Assembly (NCBI GenBank): GCA_963805305.1
Contig: CAWDTM010000008.1
Location: 328,317-392,316, forward strand
From: an uncultured Chloroflexia bacterium
GTDB taxonomy: Bacteria > Chloroflexota > Limnocylindria > QHBO01
DNA length: 64,000 nucleotides
Reading direction: 5' to 3'
Shown here: piece after piece, positions 8,239 through 17,928 of the stretch
Layout: every line of letters starts with the position of its first letter
Position numbering within the stretch: position 1 is the first letter of the stretch
Notes under the pieces: model-generated
The model's input: the letters and a program-made list of their open reading frames with translations, nothing else
The model's database searches: none
What the model was told of the DNA's origin: nothing
Position numbers and translations under genes: made by a program

Positions 8239-9722
8239 GCGCTGCCCGACGACCAGGCGCAACCCTCCACGCGACGGAGGGGCTGGTAGACTCCGCGGGA
8301 ATCTCCGCAGGGTGTCGCGTGCCTCCGACGATCCGCATCGAGGACCTCCTCGCCGTCACCGGCGGCCGCCTTGTCAGCCCGAGCCGCGTCGAGGACTTCG
8401 CCGGGGCAGGCGTCGACTCGCGGGCGGTCGAGCCGGGCGCTCTGTTCGTGGCCCTTCCCGGCGAGCGGGTGGATGGACATCGCTTCGTCTCCGACGCGCT
8501 GCGGGCGGGTGCGGTCGCCGCGCTCGTCTCCGCCCCGGTCGAGATTCCGGCGGGCACAGATGCCGCGGTGGTCCGCGTGGGCGACACCCTCGTCGCGCTG
8601 CAGGAGCTGGCCGCGTGGTGGCGGTCCCGTTTCGCGGTCCGGGTCGTGGGCGTCACCGGGTCCACCGGCAAGACCCTCGCCAAGGAGACGATCGCCGACG
8701 TCCTATCGCGGGGACACCGTGTGCTCCGCAACGAGGGAAATCTCAACTCGGAGACCGGTCTTCCCATGACGCTCCTGCGGCTCGAGCCCGGCGACGAGCT
8801 CGCAGTCCTCGAGATGAGCATGTACACGGTCGGCGAGATCGCCCGCCTCGCGGAGATCGCGCGGCCCGAGGTCGGCGTGGTGCTGGCCGTGCACCCGACC
8901 CACCTTGAGCGCGCGGGAAGCATCGAGCGGATCGCCCAGGCCAAGGCCGAGCTGCCGCAGGCCCTGCCGCCAGATGGGCTGGCGGTCCTCAACGCCGACG
9001 ACCCACGGGTGGCGGCCATGCGCGCCGTGACGGCCGCGCCGGTGCGCACCTTCGGGGTCGAGTCCGAGGCGGACGTTCGCGCGACCGATGTCGTCAGCCA
9101 CGGGGCGCTCGGCACCGAGTTCACGATGCGCACTCCGTGGGGTGAGCGCCGGATCCGGAGCGGCACTCCCGGCCGGCACCTGGTGCCGCATGCCCTTGCC
9201 GCGGCGGCCGTCGCGGAGCACTTCGCGCTGCCCCTCGACGAGGTGGCCGCCGCCCTGGCGATCGGCAGCAGCGCTCCGCACCGGATGATGGTCACCGAGA
9301 CCGCCAGCGGGGCAACGCTGGTGGATGACACGTACAACGCCTCGCCGGTGAGCGTGCGCGCGGCACTCGCCTTCCTCGCGGAGACGCCCGTGCCGACGGG
9401 GCGCCGACGCCTCGCCGTGCTGGGCGACATGCTCGAGCTCGGGCCCGAGGAGGAGCGGCTCCACCTCGAGATCGGCGCGGAGGCCGCATCGCGGCTCGAC
9501 GCGCTCGTGGCGGTGGGTCCGCGCGGCCGCTGGATCGCGGCTGCCGCTCGCTCGGCTGGGCTGGCTTCGGTCCTGACCGCCGATGACGCGGACGACGCGG
9601 CGCGTGTCGTGGAGCGCGACCTCGCTCCCGGCGTCGGCGACCTGCTCCTGGTGAAGGGCTCCCGGGGCGTGGAGCTGGATCGGGTCGTGGAAGCGCTCAT
9701 CGGGGCAGGGAGCCGCCGCTGA
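8235..9722 (+). CDS. murF: UDP-N-acetylmuramoyl-tripeptide--D-alanyl-D-alanine ligase MurF
   Basis: Mur ligase motifs GVTGSTGKT, plus the MurF-specific NEGNLNSETGLPMTLL and DSRAVEPGALFVALPGERVDGHRF. The ATG overlaps the ftsI stop (ATGA). Confidence 0.85.
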   Translation: MSAARRPGATLHATEGLVDSAGISAGCRVPPTIRIEDLLAVTGGRLVSPSRVEDFAGAGVDSRAVEPGALFVALPGERVDGHRFVSDALRAGAVAALVSAPVEIPAGTDAAVVRVGDTLVALQELAAWWRSRFAVRVVGVTGSTGKTLAKETIADVLSRGHRVLRNEGNLNSETGLPMTLLRLEPGDELAVLEMSMYTVGEIARLAEIARPEVGVVLAVHPTHLERAGSIERIAQAKAELPQALPPDGLAVLNADDPRVAAMRAVTAAPVRTFGVESEADVRATDVVSHGALGTEFTMRTPWGERRIRSGTPGRHLVPHALAAAAVAEHFALPLDEVAAALAIGSSAPHRMMVTETASGATLVDDTYNASPVSVRAALAFLAETPVPTGRRRLAVLGDMLELGPEEERLHLEIGAEAASRLDALVAVGPRGRWIAAAARSAGLASVLTADDADDAARVVERDLAPGVGDLLLVKGSRGVELDRVVEALIGAGSRR

Positions 9723-10699
9723 TGCTGGCCATCGTCGTCGGCCTGCTGCTGGCCTTCGGGGGAGTGGTCGCGCTCGCGCCGGTCTACATCGGCCTCCTGC
9801 AGCGACTGGGCTTCGGCAAGCAGATCCGGGTCGAGGGCCCGGAGGGCCATTTCGGCAAGGCCGGCACGCCCACCATGGGCGGCATGCTCATGATCGTGGT
9901 GGTCATGTTCCTGGCCATGGCCATGCGCATCGAGGACGTCAGCACGCTGACGCCCATGCTGACCCTGGTCGGCGTGGGGATTCTTGGAGCCATCGACGAC
10001 TACGTGAATGCCCAGACCGGCATCGGCATGCGAGGACGCTACAAGCTGATCTGGCAGACGCTGGTGGCGCTGCTGGCGGCGTGGTACATCCAGCGTCACT
10101 TCCTCATCAACGAGATCAACGTCCCGCTCGTTGGCGACGTGGGCATCCTGCCCATCCTCTTCATCCTCTTCGTGGCGTTCGTCATCGTCGCGATGAGCAA
10201 TGGTGTGAACCTGACCGACGGCCTGGACGGGCTGGCCGGCGGGGTGCTCATCTTCAGCTTCGTGGCGTACCTGCTCATCGCGCTGGTCGCCGTCCCGGGG
10301 AAGGAGTCGCAGCCGCACCTGGCCGTCTTCTGCGCGCTGATCATCGGTGCCCTGATGGGATTCCTGTGGTTCAACGTCCACCCCGCGCAGATCTTCATGG
10401 GAGACTCGGGCGCCCTGGGCCTGGGAGCCACCCTGGCGGTGGTGGCGACGATCACCACCCAGCTGCTGCTGCTGGCCGTGATCGGTGTCGTCTTCCTGGC
10501 GGTCACCCTGTCGGTCGTCCTGCAGGTCGGCTCGTTCAAGCTTCGCGGCCGGCGGATCTTCCGCATGGCGCCGCTCCAGCACCATTTCGAGCTGATCGGC
10601 TGGGCGGAGGAGAAGATCACCGTCCGCTTCTGGATCGTCTCCGCCCTGGCGGGCCTCCTGGGCTTCAGCCTCTTCCTGGCGACGGTGAACGGGCTGTAG
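9722..10699 (+). CDS. mraY: Phospho-N-acetylmuramoyl-pentapeptide-transferase MraY
   Basis: Polytopic membrane protein with MraY motifs (KxGTPTMGG, NLTDGLDGLA, MGDxGA). One nucleotide overlaps the murF stop. Confidence 0.9.
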   Translation: MLAIVVGLLLAFGGVVALAPVYIGLLQRLGFGKQIRVEGPEGHFGKAGTPTMGGMLMIVVVMFLAMAMRIEDVSTLTPMLTLVGVGILGAIDDYVNAQTGIGMRGRYKLIWQTLVALLAAWYIQRHFLINEINVPLVGDVGILPILFILFVAFVIVAMSNGVNLTDGLDGLAGGVLIFSFVAYLLIALVAVPGKESQPHLAVFCALIIGALMGFLWFNVHPAQIFMGDSGALGLGATLAVVATITTQLLLLAVIGVVFLAVTLSVVLQVGSFKLRGRRIFRMAPLQHHFELIGWAEEKITVRFWIVSALAGLLGFSLFLATVNGL

Positions 10700-10707
10700 G
10701 TGGACCG

Positions 10708-12147
10708 ATGATGACCGCCCGCCAGCCTGTCCGTTCGCGCGCCGACCTGGTCGGCCGTCGCGTGATGGTGCTTGGCCTGGCCCGATCGGGCGTCGCGGCC
10801 GCCCGCTACCTGGCCGATGCCGGCGCGGCGGTCACCGCCTACGACCGACGATCACCCGACGAGCTCGCCGCCGCCGCCGCCTCGCTCGCCGGCCGGCAGG
10901 TCGAGCTGGCCCTGGGGATCACCCCCGGCGAGGCAGCCGGGCTGGTCGCGGCGGCCGATCTGCTCGTAACCAGCCCGTCGATCTCCGCGCGCTTCCCGAC
11001 CACCGACGCGTGGCTGCGCGAGGCGCTCGCCGCGGCCGAGTCCGGCGGGGTCGAGCTCGTGAGCGAGGTGGAGCTCTTCCTCCGCCTGACCCGGGCACAG
11101 ATCCTGGCGGTGACCGGGACGAAGGGCAAGACCACGACCACCGCGCTGCTTGGCGCCATCCTCGCGGAGGCAGGGGTGCCCCACGTGGTGGGCGGCAACA
11201 TCGGGCAGCCGCTCGTCGAGAGCGCGGACGACCTCGACGCCGCGACGTGGGCGGTCCTCGAGCTCTCCGAGCTCCAGCTGCCGACAATCTCACGCGGGGC
11301 CCGGGTGGCGGTCTACACGAACATCCTGGCGGATCACCTCGATCGCCACGGGACGGTGGATGCCTATCGCGCGGTGAAGGCGCGCCTGGCGCAGCTCACG
11401 GTGGCGCAGGGCGGGGCGCTGATCCTCAATGCCGACGACCCAGGCTGCCGGGCCCTGGCGGAATCGCTGGAGGGCGGCGAGATCCATTGGTACCTCGGAG
11501 CGGACGAACGGCGCGAGGCCTGGGAGGCCGATGGCTGGCTCCACCTCGGTCCGGATCGGCTCATGCCGGTGGCCGACGTGCCGCTGCCCGGTGCCCACCT
11601 GCGCGCCGATGTCCTCGCCGCGGCGCTCGGAGCTCGCCGGGCCGGCGTCGGTACGCCTGCCATCGCGCAGGCGATCCGGGCCTTCCGGGGCGTGCCGCAC
11701 CGGCTCGAGACGCTGGGATCCCGGGACGGGGTGCGCTGGGTCAACGACTCGCAGGCGACGATCCCGGCCGCCGCAACGGCCGCCCTGGATGCTTTCGGCG
11801 CCGCCCCGCTGGTGGTCATCGCCGGAGGGAAGGACAAGGGCCTCGACTACGGAGAGCTCGCGGATCGCATCGCGGCGCGCTGCCGGGCCGCCATCCTCCT
11901 GGGAGAGACCGCGCCGGAGCTGGCCAGGCTGGTCGGGGACCGCCGCCCCGTGCGACGAGCCGGCTCCATGGACGAGGCCGTGGCGATCGCCGCCGAGATC
12001 GCGCGTCCCGGGGATGTCGTGCTCCTATCGCCGGCGGCCGCGAGCTTCGACATGTTCACCGACTACGCGGCCCGCGGAGAGGCCTTCCGCGCGGCCGCCA
12101 TTGCCATTGGCGTGACAGCGGCCGACGCGGGAGACGAGGAACGATGA
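10708..12147 (+). CDS. murD: UDP-N-acetylmuramoylalanine--D-glutamate ligase MurD
   Basis: VLGLARSG...AVTGTKGKTTTTAL... matches the MurD N-terminus and P-loop. This is the in-frame internal start of ORF 10081..12147. Confidence 0.9.
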   Translation: MMTARQPVRSRADLVGRRVMVLGLARSGVAAARYLADAGAAVTAYDRRSPDELAAAAASLAGRQVELALGITPGEAAGLVAAADLLVTSPSISARFPTTDAWLREALAAAESGGVELVSEVELFLRLTRAQILAVTGTKGKTTTTALLGAILAEAGVPHVVGGNIGQPLVESADDLDAATWAVLELSELQLPTISRGARVAVYTNILADHLDRHGTVDAYRAVKARLAQLTVAQGGALILNADDPGCRALAESLEGGEIHWYLGADERREAWEADGWLHLGPDRLMPVADVPLPGAHLRADVLAAALGARRAGVGTPAIAQAIRAFRGVPHRLETLGSRDGVRWVNDSQATIPAAATAALDAFGAAPLVVIAGGKDKGLDYGELADRIAARCRAAILLGETAPELARLVGDRRPVRRAGSMDEAVAIAAEIARPGDVVLLSPAAASFDMFTDYAARGEAFRAAAIAIGVTAADAGDEER

Positions 12148-13412
12148 CCGCGGGTGCCGTGGCCGCCGCCTCCGCGCGCCGCCGGCGGGACCGGAGCGGC
12201 GTGCAGCGCGACCGCCATCAGCCGTCGTATCCGCTCCTGGTGGCGGTCATCGGGCTCGTGGCCGCCGGCGTGGTGATGGTCTACTCCGCCTCCTCGGTGC
12301 GGGCCTACTTCTCGTCCGACGATCCGTCGATGTACGGGATCCAGCAGCTCATCTGGGCCGGCCTCGGGGTCGGGGCCATGATCCTTGCCAGTCGCATCGA
12401 CTTCCGATGGCTGCGGTACATGGCGATCCCGGCCTACGTGCTGACCATGGCCCTGCTCGTCGCGGTGCTCATCCCGGGGATCGGCACGTCGGTCGCGGGC
12501 TCTCGGCGCTGGATCGTCCTGCCGGGCATGGGCGGGTTCCAGCCCGCCGAGCTGGCCAAGCTGGCGATCGTCCTCTACCTAGCCCACTGGCTTGACCGGC
12601 GCGGGGCGACGGCCGGCAGCTTCTGGAACGGGCTCGTGCCGTTCAGCCTGCTCGTCGCACCGGCGTTCCTGCTCATCTCGCTCGAGCCCGATCTCGGGAC
12701 GGCGGGCGTGTTCGTCGTGGCCGCGCTATCGGTCTTCTTCATGGCCGGCGCCAACCTCCTGTACCTGGGCGCCATCGGCTCGGCCGTGGTTGCAGCGGCC
12801 GTCTTGATGATCACGAGCACGCCGTACCAGCTCCAGCGCGTGGAGAACTTCCTGGATCCCTTCCGCGACCCGCTGCACACCGGCTACAACGCCGTGCAGG
12901 CGCTCATGGCGCTCGCCCTGGGCGGGGTGACCGGGCTGGGCCTGGGCGCGTCCCGCCAGAAGTTCCTCTACCTGCCCGCGCCATCCACGGACTTCATCTT
13001 CGCGATCATCGGCGAGGAGTGGGGGCTGGTCGGGACGCTCGTCGTCGTCGCCCTCTTCCTGGTCATCGCCTACCAGGGCTACAAGATCGCGATCCATGCG
13101 CCGGACACGTTCTCCGGCCTCCTCGCCTGCGGCCTCACGACCTGGCTCGTCGTCCAGGCTTTCGTCAACATGGCCGTGGTGACCGCCCTCGCGCCGGTCA
13201 CCGGGATTCCGCTGCCGTTCATCAGCTACGGCGGCTCGGCGCTCACCATCAACCTCGTGGCCGTGGGGATCCTGCTCTCCATCAGCCGCGAGACCACGCA
13301 GTCAGGATCCTTGCTCGATGCGGTGTTCGGTGTCGGGCGGCGGGACCGGCGGGCACATCTACCCCGCGCTGGCCGTCGCACGGGCTCTGCGCGACGCGCA
13401 GCCCGACCTTGA
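12144..13412 (+). CDS. ftsW: Peptidoglycan glycosyltransferase FtsW (SEDS family)
   Basis: Multi-TM SEDS protein with (GSRRWIVLPGMGGFQPAELAKL; PAPSTDFIFAIIGEEWG). The ATG overlaps the murD stop. The C-terminal 30 aa run into murG. Confidence 0.85.
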   Translation: MTAGAVAAASARRRRDRSGVQRDRHQPSYPLLVAVIGLVAAGVVMVYSASSVRAYFSSDDPSMYGIQQLIWAGLGVGAMILASRIDFRWLRYMAIPAYVLTMALLVAVLIPGIGTSVAGSRRWIVLPGMGGFQPAELAKLAIVLYLAHWLDRRGATAGSFWNGLVPFSLLVAPAFLLISLEPDLGTAGVFVVAALSVFFMAGANLLYLGAIGSAVVAAAVLMITSTPYQLQRVENFLDPFRDPLHTGYNAVQALMALALGGVTGLGLGASRQKFLYLPAPSTDFIFAIIGEEWGLVGTLVVVALFLVIAYQGYKIAIHAPDTFSGLLACGLTTWLVVQAFVNMAVVTALAPVTGIPLPFISYGGSALTINLVAVGILLSISRETTQSGSLLDAVFGVGRRDRRAHLPRAGRRTGSARRAARP

Positions 13413-14445
13413 GCTGAGCTACATCGGCGGAGTTCGCGGCCTGGAGCGCAGGCTCGTGGGCGACGCCGGCGTGCTGCCATACCACCAATTGGTGGTGCGC
13501 TCGCTGCGCACAGCCGGCCGCGACGTGCACGTCGTGCTGGACCCGCTGCGGGTCGCCGCAAGCGTCCCGCAGGCCTGGCTCCTTCTCGGCCGGCTCCGGC
13601 CGGCCGCGATCTTCAGCACCGGTGGCTACCTTGCCATGCCGCTGGTGGTCGCCGCGCGAGCACGGGGCATTCCCACCCTGGTCTGGGAGGGCAACGTGAT
13701 CGCGGGGCGCTCGACGCGCGCCGTCGGCAGGGTCGCCACGCGGGTGGCGGTCTCCTTCCCGCCCACCCTCGCCGCGTTTCCCGGGCGCTCGTTCGTGTCC
13801 GGCACCCCCATTCGCTCGTTCGAGGGGGTCGATCGCGCGGCGGCGCGTGCAGCGCTGGGCGTCGAGGCGGATGATCGGCTCATGCTCGTCTTCGGAGGCT
13901 CCCAGGCGGTCACCACCCTGAACCGCGCGGTGGAAGGCGCCCTGCCGTCGCTGGTCGGCGAATGGCGGATCCTGCACGTGGCCGGCGCCACCGGGCTCGC
14001 CGATGCGCAGCGGGCGAGGGACGGACTGGCCGAGCGCCTGCGTGATCGCTACCGACCGGAGGCCTTCATCGCCGACGGAATGGGGCCTGCTCTCGTCGCG
14101 GCGGACCTGGTCGTGGGACGCGCGGGATCGTCCACCTGCGCCGAGGTGGCCGCCACCGGCACGCCATCGATCCTAGTGCCCTATCCACACGCCGGCGCGC
14201 ACCAGGACGCGAACGCGAGCTGGCTTGGCGACCAGGGCGCGGCGGTCGTCATTGCGGACCATGCCCTGTCGGCCGAACGACTCGTGGCGGAGGCTCGACG
14301 CCTGCGCGACGACACGGTGCGGCTCTCGATGGCCGACGCCGCGCGCCGGCTCGGGCGTCCCCACGCGGCCGAGGCCCTCGCGGCGGAGCTGCTCGCGATG
14401 GCCACCGGTGCGGCGCTCCCGTCCGAAACCGGGACGGCCGCATGA
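13318..14445 (+). CDS. murG: Undecaprenyldiphospho-muramoylpentapeptide beta-N-acetylglucosaminyltransferase MurG
   Basis: N-terminal GGGTGGHIYPALAVA motif of MurG (GT28 family). Confidence 0.9.
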   Translation: MRCSVSGGGTGGHIYPALAVARALRDAQPDLELSYIGGVRGLERRLVGDAGVLPYHQLVVRSLRTAGRDVHVVLDPLRVAASVPQAWLLLGRLRPAAIFSTGGYLAMPLVVAARARGIPTLVWEGNVIAGRSTRAVGRVATRVAVSFPPTLAAFPGRSFVSGTPIRSFEGVDRAAARAALGVEADDRLMLVFGGSQAVTTLNRAVEGALPSLVGEWRILHVAGATGLADAQRARDGLAERLRDRYRPEAFIADGMGPALVAADLVVGRAGSSTCAEVAATGTPSILVPYPHAGAHQDANASWLGDQGAAVVIADHALSAERLVAEARRLRDDTVRLSMADAARRLGRPHAAEALAAELLAMATGAALPSETGTAA

Positions 14446-15386
14446 GCAGCCGAACAGGCGGGGAGCTCGCCCGACTCGATGCGCTGGCCGCGGAGCGGGA
14501 GATCGCGCTCGAACGGGACGCCCCGCTGGCGCCGTTCACAACGCTCCGGGTCGGAGGTCCGGCAGATCGACTGCTCGTGGCCCGCGACCGGTCCACGCTC
14601 CTCGCGGGCCTGCGGCTCGCGCGCGACGCGGGCGCACCGTGCTTTGTGCTCGGCAACGGCAGCGACCTCGTGGTCGCGGATGCCGGGGTGCGTGGCCTGG
14701 TGCTGCGCAACCGGGCCCGGTCGGTGACGGTCGAGGGCACGACCGTCGACGCCGACGCGGGCGCGGCGATGGCCATGCTGGTGAAGCGCTGCGTGGGTGC
14801 CGGCCTGGAAGGGCTCGAGTTCGGCATCAGCATCCCCGGCACGCTCGGCGGGGCGGTCTGGGCCAACGCGGGCGCCCACGGTCGCGAGATGCGCGACGTG
14901 GTCATCAGCGTCGAATCGTGGAGCGCGGCGGCCGACGAGACGGTGAGCAACGGGGCGAAGGCCTGCGCCTTCGCATACCGGGAGTCGCGGTTCAAGCACA
15001 GCGGCGAGACGGTGATTGCAGCGACGCTCCGGCTCCAGCGCGGCGACCCCGCGGCCGTCGCGGCACGCGTGGCGGAGCATCAGGCCCAGCGCCTGGCAAC
15101 GCAGCCGCTGGCGGACCAGAACGCGGGGAGCGTCTTCCGCAACCCGCCGGGCGACTTCGCGGGGCGTCTCGCCGACGCAGCCGGCCTCAAGGGATTCCGG
15201 ATCGGCACCGCGAGCGTGAGCACGAAGCACGCGAACTTCATCGTCAGCGACCGCGGCGGGACAGCAGCGGACGTCCGCGCCGTCGGCGAGCACGTCCGAC
15301 GGCTGGTCGCGGACCGCTTCGGCGTAGCACTCCAGTACGAGATCGAGTTCGTCGGCGACTGGTCGGCACCGGAGGAGCAGCCATGA
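14442..15386 (+). CDS. murB: UDP-N-acetylenolpyruvoylglucosamine reductase MurB
   Basis: FAD-binding MurB motifs (TTLRVGGPADRL, VLGNGSDLVV). ATGA overlap with murG. Confidence 0.9.
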   Translation: MSSRTGGELARLDALAAEREIALERDAPLAPFTTLRVGGPADRLLVARDRSTLLAGLRLARDAGAPCFVLGNGSDLVVADAGVRGLVLRNRARSVTVEGTTVDADAGAAMAMLVKRCVGAGLEGLEFGISIPGTLGGAVWANAGAHGREMRDVVISVESWSAAADETVSNGAKACAFAYRESRFKHSGETVIAATLRLQRGDPAAVAARVAEHQAQRLATQPLADQNAGSVFRNPPGDFAGRLADAAGLKGFRIGTASVSTKHANFIVSDRGGTAADVRAVGEHVRRLVADRFGVALQYEIEFVGDWSAPEEQP

Positions 15387-16543
15387 CCCTGCCCGATTCG
15401 TCCCGCCTCCGGGTGGGCGTCTTTGCCGGCGGACGCTCCGCCGAGCACGAGGTGAGCATCAGCTCGGCCGAGGCGGTGCTGCGTGCCATCGACAGGACGC
15501 GCTTCACGCCGTATCTGATCTACATCGATCGTGACGGCCGATGGCATCTGCCCGCCGGTCCGGCGCCCGAGCTCGGCGAGAGCTCCCTGGCGGCCCTGCT
15601 CGGCGCCGAGACGCCCACGACACAGGTCGCGCGCCTGCGGGCGGGGGCAGGGCTGCCGGTATCGACCGGGGGAGGCAGCGGCGCGCTCGAGTCGCGAAAC
15701 GCCCTGCGGTCGCTCGCCGAGGCGATCGACATCGCATTCCTCGTCGTCCACGGTCCGTTCGGCGAGGACGGGACCCTGCAGGGCTTCCTGGAGATGGCGG
15801 GCATCCCATACACCGGGGCCGGGGTGCTGGCCAGCGCGGTGGCGATGGACAAGATCGTCTTCAAGGACCTGATGCGGGGTCATGGCCTGCCGGTGCTCGA
15901 CTATGCGTGGTTCCGTCGGTCGGCCTGGCGCTCCTCGACGGAGCGGGTGCTGCGCGACGCCCTGGCCGCGACGGGGGAGCGGTGCGTCGTGAAGCCCGCC
16001 CGCCTCGGGAGCAGCGTGGGCATGACCCTGGTCCACGGGGAGGACGAGCTGCCGGCGGCGCTCGACGAGGCGTTCCGCTTCGATTCCAAGGCGATCGTCG
16101 AGCGCTATCTGCCGCACGCGCGCGAGCTCGAATGCGGTGTCCTTGGCAACGAGGAGCCGATCGTCTTCGAGCCCGGCGAGGTGCGCAGCCACCACGAGTG
16201 GTACGACTACGAGTCGAAGTACGTGGAAGGCATGGCGGATGTCGATGCCAGGGCGGACGTCGACGGCGCGCTCGCCGCGCGCGTCAAGGATCTGGCGCTG
16301 GCCGCCTACCGTGCCGTGGACGCGGCGGGCCTCGCGCGCGTGGACTTCCTCGTCAACCCCGACGGCGCGTACATCAGCGAGATGAACACGCTACCCGGTT
16401 TCACCGCGACGAGCATGTACCCCCGCCAGGCTGAGCTTGCCGGCATCGGGTTCGGTGAGCTGATCGCGCGCCTCGTCGACCTTGGGCTCGCGGCCTCCGC
16501 CGCCGAGGAGTCGCGGGCCGGCGGGGCAGGGGACCCGGCGTGA
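15383..16543 (+). CDS. ddl: D-alanine--D-alanine ligase
   Basis: RVGVFAGGRSAEHEVSISSA at the N-terminus and an ATP-grasp C-terminus (EMNTLPGFTATSMYP). This is the in-frame internal start of ORF 14225..16543, overlapping the murB stop. Confidence 0.9.
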   Translation: MTLPDSSRLRVGVFAGGRSAEHEVSISSAEAVLRAIDRTRFTPYLIYIDRDGRWHLPAGPAPELGESSLAALLGAETPTTQVARLRAGAGLPVSTGGGSGALESRNALRSLAEAIDIAFLVVHGPFGEDGTLQGFLEMAGIPYTGAGVLASAVAMDKIVFKDLMRGHGLPVLDYAWFRRSAWRSSTERVLRDALAATGERCVVKPARLGSSVGMTLVHGEDELPAALDEAFRFDSKAIVERYLPHARELECGVLGNEEPIVFEPGEVRSHHEWYDYESKYVEGMADVDARADVDGALAARVKDLALAAYRAVDAAGLARVDFLVNPDGAYISEMNTLPGFTATSMYPRQAELAGIGFGELIARLVDLGLAASAAEESRAGGAGDPA

Positions 16544-17511
16544 AGGTCAAGCGCGGCACCGGCGCCCAACCTCGCCCGCTGCCGAGCCAATCGCGTCCGT
16601 CATCCGGTTCGCGGGGAGCTGGCCGCCGCGCCCCTGCGCCTTCGACTCGTCCGCGACGGGGCGCGGCGCATGCCCGGAAAGGCGGAACCCGCCTGCGCAT
16701 GCCCCGGTTCTCCCGCGGAGCGTCCGGCGGAAGGATCCTTGCCGCCCTCCTGGCGCTCGCCTTCGCCGGCGGCCTGCTCTTCTGTGTCAACGGACCGTGG
16801 CTCCGCGTCTCGTCGATCGCGTGGGCGGGGACCCGCTACACCTCGGCGGACCGCCTGACGGCGGTCCTCGACCCGGTGCGTGGCGAGAGCCTGCTTGCCG
16901 TGGACTCCGCGTCGCTCGCCGAACGCCTCGCCACGCTCCCGGCCGTTGCGTCGGCCCGGGTCGAGACGCGCTTCCCGAACGGCGTTTCGGTCCAGGTCGT
17001 CGAGAAGGAGCCGGCCAGCGTGTGGCGGACTCCGGCCGTCCAGCTGGTGGTCGGCAGCGACGGAACCGTCTTCGGCGAGGTGGCCCTGAGCGCCACGCTG
17101 CCGTCGGATCTGGCGAGCCTCCCGTACATCATCGACCAGCGCCAGGCATCACGGAACATCATCATCGGCGACCGGATCCCGGCCGACGTGATGGCCACCG
17201 CGCTCCAGCTGGAGCGGGTCGCTCCGGCGGCGATGGGGTCGTCCGCGAAGGGGTTCTCGGTCGTGCTCGACGACACCTGCGGCTACACCCTGCGGCCGCG
17301 TCCATCGGGCACCTGGCAGGCCGTCTTCGGGCTGTACGGCCTCGACATTGGCGATGCCGCCGCGGTCGACACGCGCATCGCCGCCCAGGTCGCGGCGGTT
17401 AGGACCCTGTTTGCCGCGCACCGCGAGAACACGGTGGGCTGGGTGGATGCCCGCAACCCGGGGAAGGTATATTGGCGGGCGAACGGCCCGGGTGGCTCGG
17501 ACGCATGCTGA
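16540..17511 (+). CDS. ftsQ: Cell division protein FtsQ/DivIB (POTRA domain) with a long Arg/Pro-rich N-terminal tail
   Basis: TM helix (ILAALLALAFAGGLLF) followed by a POTRA-like region. GTG start overlaps the ddl stop. Position in the cluster is canonical. Confidence 0.75.
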   Translation: MKVKRGTGAQPRPLPSQSRPSSGSRGAGRRAPAPSTRPRRGAAHARKGGTRLRMPRFSRGASGGRILAALLALAFAGGLLFCVNGPWLRVSSIAWAGTRYTSADRLTAVLDPVRGESLLAVDSASLAERLATLPAVASARVETRFPNGVSVQVVEKEPASVWRTPAVQLVVGSDGTVFGEVALSATLPSDLASLPYIIDQRQASRNIIIGDRIPADVMATALQLERVAPAAMGSSAKGFSVVLDDTCGYTLRPRPSGTWQAVFGLYGLDIGDAAAVDTRIAAQVAAVRTLFAAHRENTVGWVDARNPGKVYWRANGPGGSDAC

Positions 17512-17556
17512 CGTCGGCCCGCGGTCCCCATCCTGCGGCTATCGGTACCCTCCCTG

Positions 17557-17880
17557 ATGTGGCTTCCCCTGATCGGCCTCGCGGTCGGAGTCGCGCTCGG
17601 GCTCATCTTCGGCGTCAACGTCAGCCCCGACCTGGCGCGCTACAGCGCGGTCGGGATCCTGGCCGGCCTCGACTCGGTCCTGGGCGCCATCCGCGCTCAG
17701 CTCGACGCGCACTACGACAACCGCGTCTTCCTTTCCGGATTCGTGACGAACGCGCTCGTCGCGGTCCTGCTGACCTTCGTCGGCGATCGACTGGGAATCG
17801 ACCTGTACCTGGTCGCCCTGTTCGCGTTCGGCCTGCGCATCTTCCAAAACGTGGCGCTCATCCGGCGCCACTTCCTGTAA
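17557..17880 (+). CDS. sbp: Small basic protein Sbp (DUF1290 family membrane protein)
   Basis: The MWLPLIGLAVGVALG...LDSVLGAIRAQL...FAFGLRIFQNVALIRRHFL pattern typifies DUF1290, which is encoded between divIB/ftsQ and ftsA in Firmicutes-like dcw clusters. Confidence 0.75.
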   Translation: MWLPLIGLAVGVALGLIFGVNVSPDLARYSAVGILAGLDSVLGAIRAQLDAHYDNRVFLSGFVTNALVAVLLTFVGDRLGIDLYLVALFAFGLRIFQNVALIRRHFL

Positions 17881-17928
17881 GGTCGATTCATCTGGGCGCC
17901 CCTCGCCGGGCGCACGTCAGGAGGTAGC

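Noticed and set aside
6745-8262. Long minus-strand ORFs (for example 6745..8262, 8093..10585, 17917..19530, 19355..21127, 22720..24753, 29426..31459, 39294..41216, 41827..43914)
   Set aside because: They run antisense to well-supported conserved genes (ftsI, murF/mraY, ftsA, ftsZ, GT4, Opp). Their translations are Arg/Gly/Pro-rich with no domain signatures. Stop-codon depletion on the reverse strand is expected at ~70% GC.
11010-12143. Upstream extension of the ftsW ORF (800 aa)
   Set aside because: It overlaps murD in another frame with a low-complexity Arg/Gly translation. FtsW TM topology begins after ATG 12144.
14225-15382. Upstream extension of the ddl ORF (772 aa)
   Set aside because: It overlaps murB out of frame. 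Ddl homology starts at 15383.
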